From: an uncultured archaeon
GTDB taxonomy: Archaea > Asgardarchaeota > Lokiarchaeia > Sigyniarchaeales > SOKP01
Assembly: GCA_964525635.1 (NCBI GenBank)
Contig: CAZGJX010000092.1
Span: forward strand, 1-16,616
Direction: 5' to 3'
DNA: 16,616 nucleotides
Position numbers and translations under genes: made by a program. The notes beneath the pieces are model-generated. The model saw only the letters and a program-made list of their open reading frames with translations, had not been told where the DNA came from and did no database searches. Of the stretch, positions 1-6,054 are shown piece after piece. The stretch's first letter is position 1, and each line of letters starts with the position of its first letter.

Positions 1-1
1 A

Positions 2-145
2 GATGGATTTAATTCTTTTCTAAGGATGATGAATATTACATTCCGAAGAGATTCGGTTTCACATCGACCTAGGGTAAATAAGATTGGAAGTAATAAAGAT
101 GTTTATCAAAAAAATATAAATGAATATTATTATATTCCAAAATAA
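2..145 (+). CDS. 3' end of a hypothetical protein (partial; start lies outside the window)
   Basis: Frame +2 is open from the window edge: DGFNSFLRMMNITFRRDSVSHRPRVNKIGSNKDVYQKNINEYYYIPK, then TAA at 143-145. It converges on the fba stop at 174. Confidence 0.7.
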   Translation, partial: DGFNSFLRMMNITFRRDSVSHRPRVNKIGSNKDVYQKNINEYYYIPK

Positions 146-173
146 TTAAAAAAAACTATATAAATAGATATTT

Positions 174-1157
174 TTATACAATATATTTTGCTTGTTCAGC
201 TGAACCAAGAACTTCAATATTTTTACGTTTTATCATTTCTATTAATTCTTTTCGAGCTAATCCTAAATATTTTCTTGGATCAAAAACTTTAGGATTTTCA
301 GAAAGATATTTTCTTACCATAGCAGTAAATACTAAACGACCATCTGTATCAATATTGATTTTACTTACACCAAATTGAGTTGCTTTTCTTAATTGAGATT
401 CTGGAATTCCAAAAGCTTTTTCTAATGTTCCTCCATATTGATTAATAACATCAACATAATTTTTTAGCACAGATGATGATCCATGCAATACAATAGGATA
501 ATTACCCAATCTCTTTTTAACTTCATTTAAAATATCAAATCTTAATTCTGGTATATCTTCTTCTTTTTCAACTTTAAATTTATAAGCCCCATGTGAAGTA
601 CCAATAGCTATTGCTAATGAATCACAATTTGTTCGAGTTACAAAATCTTCAACTTGTTCTGGATCTGTATATTTATGTTCTTCAGATTTAACATGCTCTT
701 CAATTCCTGCTAAAACTCCCAATTCTGCTTCTACACTTACATCTCTTAGATGTGCATATTCTACTACCTTTTTTGTAATCTTAATATTATCTTCATAGTC
801 CAAATGGCTTCCATCAAACATTACACTTGAAAAACCAAAGTCTATACATGATTTACAAAGATCAAATGAATCACCATGATCTAAATGTAATGCTATTGGA
901 TTTGAATAACCCAATTCCTTTCCCATTTCAATTCCACCCTGTCCTAGATATCTCAGCATTGTTTGATTTGCGTAATCTCTTGCTCCTTTACTAATTTGTA
1001 TTATTACTGGTGAATTAGTTTCTCCACATCCGTTAATAATTGCTTGTAATTGTTCTAAATTATTAATATTATATCCTGGAATAGCAAATTTTCTTTCTAA
1101 AGCAATCTCAAACATTTTTTTTGTATTATCAAAACCTAATTCTTTGAAACTTACCAT
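174..1157 (-). CDS. fba: Class II (metal-dependent) fructose-1,6-bisphosphate aldolase, bacterial-type
   Basis: Class II aldolase motifs ALHLDHG, FSSVMFDGS, VEAELG, AIAIGTSHGAYK, VLHGSS, KINIDTD and FDPRKYL are all present; 327 aa. Confidence 0.96.
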   Translation of the reverse strand: MVSFKELGFDNTKKMFEIALERKFAIPGYNINNLEQLQAIINGCGETNSPVIIQISKGARDYANQTMLRYLGQGGIEMGKELGYSNPIALHLDHGDSFDLCKSCIDFGFSSVMFDGSHLDYEDNIKITKKVVEYAHLRDVSVEAELGVLAGIEEHVKSEEHKYTDPEQVEDFVTRTNCDSLAIAIGTSHGAYKFKVEKEEDIPELRFDILNEVKKRLGNYPIVLHGSSSVLKNYVDVINQYGGTLEKAFGIPESQLRKATQFGVSKINIDTDGRLVFTAMVRKYLSENPKVFDPRKYLGLARKELIEMIKRKNIEVLGSAEQAKYIV

Positions 1158-1163
1158 TTTTAT

Positions 1164-1325
1164 TCATTTTATTTTTATTTTTAATAATTGTAGAAAAATT
1201 AAAATTGTTATTAGACACCATAATTTCGACTGCATCTTTTTTTTTGTTTTTTTTAATTTTTCTAATTGATTAACTGTTAATAAATAATCTTTAAAATAAT
1301 AATTCTTTAATTCAATGGGATCCAT
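1164..1325 (-). CDS. Possible small protein (53 aa) with C-terminal hydrophobic segment; not in the ORF track
   Basis: Manual translation: MDPIELKNYYFKDYLLTVNQLEKLKKTKKKMQSKLWCLITILIFLQLLKIKIK*. It stops 6 nt before the fba ATG. A TATA-like TTTATAAA lies at 1359-1352 on the minus strand, at the spacing expected for a near-leaderless transcript. The frame crosses homopolymer tracts. Confidence 0.35.
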   Translation of the reverse strand: MDPIELKNYYFKDYLLTVNQLEKLKKTKKKMQSKLWCLITILIFLQLLKIKIK

Positions 1326-1502
1326 TTTAATATTAAATTTATATATTTTTTTTTATAAATTTTAAAATTATTCCAGTGGAAATATTGGAGTATCTCTTTT
1401 TTTAGAAAATTAAATAATAAATCTTAATTATATAAGAAATTAGTAATTTAAAAATAGAATTTAAAATATATATTTTTTAAAAAAATAGAAAAAGAAGAAA
1501 AA

Positions 1503-1760
1503 TTATATTTTTATTAATCTCCAATAAACATTTGGTCTTCCTCTTTTCCCATTATTTCTTGAATACTTTTCAACAACTCTTCTTTTCTGCAATTTATTTA
1601 AATTATCATAAATCGTAGTTCGAGGTGTTTTTAAATGATTAACAATATCTTTACGGGTTAAAGGACCACCATTTTTCAATAATTTTATTAAATTATATTG
1701 AATTGGAGATAAAACTAAATTTCCTTCTATAAAATTGTTAATTAAAATAATATCTGCCAT
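1503..1760 (-). CDS. Small winged helix-turn-helix transcriptional regulator (TrmB/ArsR-like DNA-binding domain only)
   Basis: LSPIQYNLIKLL..GPLTRKDIVNHLKTPRTTIYDNLNKLQKRRVV fits the HTH pattern, and the wing carries a KRGRP motif. SD GGAGG at 1772-1768. Confidence 0.88.
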   Translation of the reverse strand: MADIILINNFIEGNLVLSPIQYNLIKLLKNGGPLTRKDIVNHLKTPRTTIYDNLNKLQKRRVVEKYSRNNGKRGRPNVYWRLIKI

Positions 1761-1787
1761 AATTTTTCCTCCATAATAATTTTAAAC

Positions 1788-1901
1788 TCGACAATTTTTC
1801 GACATATTGAATTTTGAACTTTTATCAAGTTCATTATGATAATTAAGTCATATTATTATATAAATGATGCTTATTTATGCATTATTAACATCAATAAGCA
1901 T
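1788..1901. promoter_or_regulatory. Divergent control region with direct and inverted repeats (putative operators) and a TATA box
   Basis: TCGACA occurs twice, at 1788-1793 and 1799-1804 (11-bp period). Palindrome TGAACTT-N5-AAGTTCA at 1815-1833. Minus-strand TTTATATA at 1864-1857. Inverted repeat ATGCTTATTTATG-N9-CATCAATAAGCAT at 1867-1901 (12/13 match). Confidence 0.65.
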
Positions 1902-1956
1902 AAATTTAAGAAAAACATATAATAAATATAAAGTCTAAAAATATTCCAAAAAAAAA

Positions 1957-2319
1957 ATGACCGAAACAAAAAGAACAACAGTTACTTTAAGTAAAATATA
2001 TATGGATTTAATAGATGAACTAATAGGAGTTTTTGGAAATACTGAAGCTACCATTATTAATAATATAGTTAAACATTTCTTTAATAATAGCAATAATTTT
2101 CCTTTATTAGAAGAATTAAGATCAAGAAAAAAACGGAAACCTAATGAATCAATAATAGAACAAAAAATTAATAATATATTAAGAGGAGTAAAAACTGTTC
2201 AAATGGATCATTTTCTTGAATATTTAGAAATTGATAGACAATATTTTTTTGATAAACTTGATGAATGGAAGAAAAAATTTAATTTTGAATTAGATTATGA
2301 TAAGATTATTAAATATTAA
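1957..2319 (+). CDS. Ribbon-helix-helix (CopG/MetJ/Arc-like) protein with a C-terminal winged-helix-like domain
   Basis: The N-terminus KRTTVTL-SKIYMDLIDELI-G..-TEATIINNIVKHFF fits the RHH beta-alpha-alpha pattern. After a basic linker (RSRKKRKP) comes a helix-strand-helix-helix-hairpin segment. Confidence 0.7.
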   Translation: MTETKRTTVTLSKIYMDLIDELIGVFGNTEATIINNIVKHFFNNSNNFPLLEELRSRKKRKPNESIIEQKINNILRGVKTVQMDHFLEYLEIDRQYFFDKLDEWKKKFNFELDYDKIIKY

Positions 2320-2327
2320 TTAAAAAA

Positions 2328-2531
2328 TTAACCTCCAATTAGATCAGAAAAGTCAGATGAAAGACCTAAAGTCCAATCTATAATTGATGAAATTATACTG
2401 AATAGAATAAAAAATACAAATAATGCAAATCCTATTAATAAGGCATATTCCACTAGATTTCCTCCATATTTATCTGATAAAAAATCTTTAACTTTTTTTA
2501 AGATCAACTGAAAGAATTTTTTAATCATCAT
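2328..2531 (-). CDS. Flp/Fap-like type IV pilin with class III signal peptide (about 67 aa; start revised from 2579 to the ATG at 2531)
   Basis: MMIKKFFQLILKKVKDFLSDKYG|GNLVEYALLIGFALFVFFILFSII matches the Flp signature F-x-x-D-x-x-G|x-x-x-x-E-Y followed by a hydrophobic helix. TATA-like TTTAAAAA at 2565-2558 supports the 2531 start. Confidence 0.75.
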   Translation of the reverse strand: MMIKKFFQLILKKVKDFLSDKYGGNLVEYALLIGFALFVFFILFSIISSIIDWTLGLSSDFSDLIGG

Positions 2532-2551
2532 TATCAAAAAGATCTTTAAAA

Positions 2552-2582
2552 TAAATGTTTTTAAACTAAACTTAAACATTTA
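2552..2582. promoter_or_regulatory. Perfect 9-bp inverted repeat straddling the pilin promoter
   Basis: TAAATGTTT (2552-2560), 13-nt spacer, AAACATTTA (2574-2582); overlaps the putative TATA box. Confidence 0.4.
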
Positions 2583-2713
2583 GAATTTGATTTAGAAAAT
2601 TGATATTCATTTGGATTAAATCTTTTTTACATTTGTATTTTAAAAAATCAGAAGGGACGATCTTTTTTTCTTTTTTGAAGGATTTCCATTATTAGATTTA
2701 TAATGGTGAGTTA

Positions 2714-3529
2714 ATGCTTTATAAAGATTTAAGAATGATATTAGAAACTAGAATAGCTCCTAAAAAATTTAAAATGACGAATGAATATTATGGATTACAA
2801 TATGGGGAAATAAATGATAATAAACAAATTAAAAGGATATTAATAACTTTAGATGCAAATTTAGAAGTAATTCATTATTCTATTAAGTGTAAAGTTGATT
2901 TGATTATATCTCATCATGGATTTCTAATAAAACCAATTAGTTATATCAATAAAAATTTAATTAATAAATTAAATTTACTCTCGAATTATCCAATTAAAAT
3001 CTATATCTTAAATTCTTCATTTATAGCAGCGGAAGAAGGAATTTCTAAAACAATATCTGATGTATTATATCTAAAAATTGATAATATCTTTAAAATACGA
3101 AATAAAGAAAAGAAAGCTATACCTATTGGTAGGATTAGCCTACCATTGTATTTACCTAATGATAATCAAGAAATAACTTTAGAAACATTATTAAAAAGAA
3201 TAAAATCAAATTTTAATATGAATAATATTAGCTATGTAGGGAATTTAAAGAGAAAAATTAATAAAATATGCATTGTAGGTGGTGATACTAATAATATAAA
3301 TTATATAGAAAAAATACTAAAAAATAAATGTGATTGTTATATTTCAAGCAATATAAATCATAAAATTGCGATGTATGCTAAAGAAGTTGGAATCTGTTTA
3401 ATTAATATATCACACCACAATGCAGAATTATATGCTTTAAAAAAGTTATATAATTTTCTCTCTCTTGAATTCCCATATGATGAATTTTTATTTTTTGATT
3501 CACAAGACCCTTTTAGAAATTATATATAA
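2714..3529 (+). CDS. Nif3-like / DUF34 dinuclear metal centre protein (divergent)
   Basis: Motifs YGLQYG, ILITLDAN, DLIISHHG, KICIVGG and ISHHNAE. SD GGTGA at 2705-2709. Confidence 0.9.
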   Translation: MLYKDLRMILETRIAPKKFKMTNEYYGLQYGEINDNKQIKRILITLDANLEVIHYSIKCKVDLIISHHGFLIKPISYINKNLINKLNLLSNYPIKIYILNSSFIAAEEGISKTISDVLYLKIDNIFKIRNKEKKAIPIGRISLPLYLPNDNQEITLETLLKRIKSNFNMNNISYVGNLKRKINKICIVGGDTNNINYIEKILKNKCDCYISSNINHKIAMYAKEVGICLINISHHNAELYALKKLYNFLSLEFPYDEFLFFDSQDPFRNYI

Positions 3530-3681
3530 TCTAGAATTTCTTAATTTAATTTTCAATATTAAAAACTATATTTAATTAATATGGGTTATACATTATTATA
3601 AATAATTTTGTCAAATAAATTTAAATGAGTTAAAAAGATCTATTCTTTAATTTTTAGTTAAAAACTTTTTAGGAATTTAAG

Positions 3682-4263
3682 ATGGTTTTAATCGAATATA
3701 ATGGAAAAAAACCCAATATTGCAGAAAATGCTTACGTATCTCCACAAGCTACATTGATTGGAGATGTTAAGGTAAAAAATAATGTAATAATATGGCCAGG
3801 AGCAATAATCCGGGCAGAAAACTCACAAATAAATATAAGTGAATATTCTACTATATTTAATGGTGTTATATTATTAACAAGGTCATCAAAAAGTTCAATA
3901 CATATCGGAAGATATTGTATTTTAGAAACAGGTGTTACTGTCCTTGGAAGCTTTTTAGAAGATTATATCCAAATAATGGAAGGAAGTATTATTTTTGAAG
4001 AAACATCTATAGGAGAGGGTGTTGTAATATTAAACAACAGCCAAGTTCCACCCGGACTTATTATACCTGCTAGAGCTGTTATGAGAGGAAATCCTGCTGA
4101 AATGATAAGAGAACAGAATCGTAATGATATATTAGAACAAAAAGAAAGAGCTCATCATTATTCTCAACTATTTATTAAAATTAAAAATTATCTACCAAAT
4201 GCTCAAGAGTATTTATTAACTCTTTCTGATTTCATAAAATTGATGTTAAAAAAAGAATTTTAA
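3682..4263 (+). CDS. Gamma-carbonic-anhydrase-like left-handed beta-helix (hexapeptide repeat) protein lacking Zn ligands
   Basis: NGKKPNIAENAYVSPQATLIGDV..IWPGAIIRAE, hexapeptide periodicity, GNPA and a C-terminal helix ..AHHY all match the YrdA/CaiE/PaaY architecture. The positions of the three Zn histidines are L, T and L. Confidence 0.88.
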   Translation: MVLIEYNGKKPNIAENAYVSPQATLIGDVKVKNNVIIWPGAIIRAENSQINISEYSTIFNGVILLTRSSKSSIHIGRYCILETGVTVLGSFLEDYIQIMEGSIIFEETSIGEGVVILNNSQVPPGLIIPARAVMRGNPAEMIREQNRNDILEQKERAHHYSQLFIKIKNYLPNAQEYLLTLSDFIKLMLKKEF

Positions 4264-4278
4264 AAAAAAAGAAAAAAG
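4262..4278 (-). terminator. Oligo-T tract, likely the terminator for tfb
   Basis: The A9-G-A6 run on + reads as a T-tract on the minus strand just after the tfb stop. Archaeal intrinsic terminators are oligo-T. Confidence 0.4.
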
Positions 4279-4293
4279 TAATAATATATAAAT

Positions 4294-5181
4294 TTAAAAT
4301 GAAAAATTTAATTTTTTTATAATTTCTTTATATCTTGATCGAAGCGTAACTTCTGTTACACCAATTAAATTTGCGATTTCTTTTTGTGAAATTTTTTTAT
4401 TTTGATTTTTACATATGAAATAAAGAGCTCCCGCACATAAACCTTTTGGATCTTTACCACTTATAGAATAATTAGATGTAAAAGATTTTAATATTTTAAT
4501 TGTTACTTTTTCAGCTTCAGCATTTAAACCTAATTCCGCGATATATCGAGGTACAAGAGTGATAGGATCTGTGGAAGGTGCTTTAAGATTTAATTCACGA
4601 ATTAAGGTTCTATAACATCTTCTTACATTTTTAGCATTTATTGATGTTTCCTCAAGAATTTCTTGTAAAGTTCTTGGAATTCCCCGCTCTCTACATGCAA
4701 AATAAAGACAAGCAGCAACCATACCATTTATAGATCTACCTCTCAATAATTTCTTTTTAAATGCTTCGATATATAATCTAATTGCAGTTTTTTTAACATG
4801 TATTGGTAAATTTAAATTACTTGCTATCCTTTTCAGTTCAGTAGTGGCAATTAACATGTTTCTTTTATCCCATGTCATTCTTGAATTCCATTTTGCGGCT
4901 CTCTTTAAATCTGGACTTTTTATATTTGATTTATCGATTATTGTACTAAGACCCATATCTGGTAATAGTATTGAAATGGGAGATCCTGTTCTTTCTCTTT
5001 TTTCTTTTTCATGTTTTGTAAATGCTCTTTTTCCACTATGAGATGTATCTACAATTCGTTCATTAATAACTAAACCACACTGACAGCATACATTTTCGCC
5101 CTTTTCCAGAATAGGAATAATCTTACCCTTACATTCTGGACAATAACTTGCTAAATTACTTAATTCTGATTTTATTTCCAT
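4294..5181 (-). CDS. tfb: Transcription initiation factor IIB (TFB) paralog
   Basis: Zn ribbon CPEC..VCCQCGLV; B-reader/linker RAF..RERTGSP; two cyclin repeats (LLRGRSINGMVAACLYFACR..PRTL and GKDPKGLCAGALY); C-terminal HTH SQKEIANLIGVTEVTLRSRYKE. Confidence 0.97.
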   Translation of the reverse strand: MEIKSELSNLASYCPECKGKIIPILEKGENVCCQCGLVINERIVDTSHSGKRAFTKHEKEKRERTGSPISILLPDMGLSTIIDKSNIKSPDLKRAAKWNSRMTWDKRNMLIATTELKRIASNLNLPIHVKKTAIRLYIEAFKKKLLRGRSINGMVAACLYFACRERGIPRTLQEILEETSINAKNVRRCYRTLIRELNLKAPSTDPITLVPRYIAELGLNAEAEKVTIKILKSFTSNYSISGKDPKGLCAGALYFICKNQNKKISQKEIANLIGVTEVTLRSRYKEIIKKLNFSF

Positions 5182-5245
5182 AATTTTACCCCCTAAAAGT
5201 TATTATTAAAATATAGATATATTATAATAATTGATTGATTCAACC

Positions 5246-5334
5246 CAGGTAACGGAAAAATATCTTTAATGTGACTGAATAAAGATTACCCGATGTAAAT
5301 AATTTATACGCAATTATAATATTTAAATGTTTCG
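5246..5334 (-). promoter_or_regulatory. tfb promoter (BRE-TATA) and a 5'-leader hairpin
   Basis: Minus strand CGAAACA-TTTAAATA at 5334-5320 fits BRE/TATA and predicts a TSS near 5296. It is followed immediately by CGGGTAA/TTACCTG and ATCTTTA/TAAAGAT stems (5292-5246). Confidence 0.55.
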
Positions 5335-5495
5335 TTTTTTATTATATTTTTTCATGCAAAATTTAATATTTAAAAGAATAAAAAAAAGTAACCTAATATA
5401 AAAGATCGTTAAAACAGTGGTTACTATAATTATTCATAAAAAATTATCTTTAATTTGATAAATAAAAAATTATAAAAGATAAATATTGATAAAGA

Positions 5496-5927
5496 TTAAC
5501 CAATCTTTTCACATTCATGGTGGATTTCTTTAATCGTTAGATTAAAATCTTGCCACCAATCTTGACCTTGTTGAGTAACTAACATAGGATCAACTTTCTT
5601 TGAATTTAAACATCTTATTTCCTCTTTATGTTTTTTTATTTTTACTTTCCAAATCTCCGAAAAGATACCCTGTAAATTAATTTTCACTTTTTTTACCAAT
5701 TTCTCATATGAGACTGATAAATCTTCACTTTTTTGTAATTTTTTTAGTTGTTCATACTTCATTTTTTCTTTAGCATGATTAATATCATTACAACTAATTT
5801 TTATGGTAAAAGGTACATCTTTTCCATAGGTACAATGTTGTTGAATTTCACAAGGTCTACAATAATTCTCAAACGAAATTATATAATCTTGGAGACCAAC
5901 AATTGAATAATTTAATCTATTTGGCAT
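5496..5927 (-). CDS. Hypothetical protein (143 aa) with a C-x2-C-x5-C motif; start revised to the ATG at 5927
   Basis: The track start is TTG at 5978. The ATG at 5927 has an upstream GAGGT SD and gives MPNRLNYS...YCRPCEIQQHC...C...C...C. No family recognised. Confidence 0.75.
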   Translation of the reverse strand: MPNRLNYSIVGLQDYIISFENYCRPCEIQQHCTYGKDVPFTIKISCNDINHAKEKMKYEQLKKLQKSEDLSVSYEKLVKKVKINLQGIFSEIWKVKIKKHKEEIRCLNSKKVDPMLVTQQGQDWWQDFNLTIKEIHHECEKIG

Positions 5928-6054
5928 TTTAATATAAACCTCTTTATTTTTTACTATAATATTAATTATAAAAGACAAAAAATTTTTTAAAGATTTTTTA
6001 TTAGAGATCTTATATATCTTATTTTTATTAAAAAAGAATAAAAATTCATTTATT

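Noticed and set aside
2532-2579. N-terminal extension of the pilin ORF given in the track
   Set aside because: It overlaps the putative TATA box and inverted repeat; the ATG at 2531 gives a normal-length Flp leader.
2644-2677. Purine-run / T-run hairpin upstream of the Nif3-like gene
   Set aside because: Low-complexity pairing dominated by A-U and G-U pairs; no recognisable riboswitch or terminator context.
4844-5041. 65-aa + strand ORF from the track
   Set aside because: Lies wholly antisense within tfb; a shadow ORF with a GTG start and no motif.
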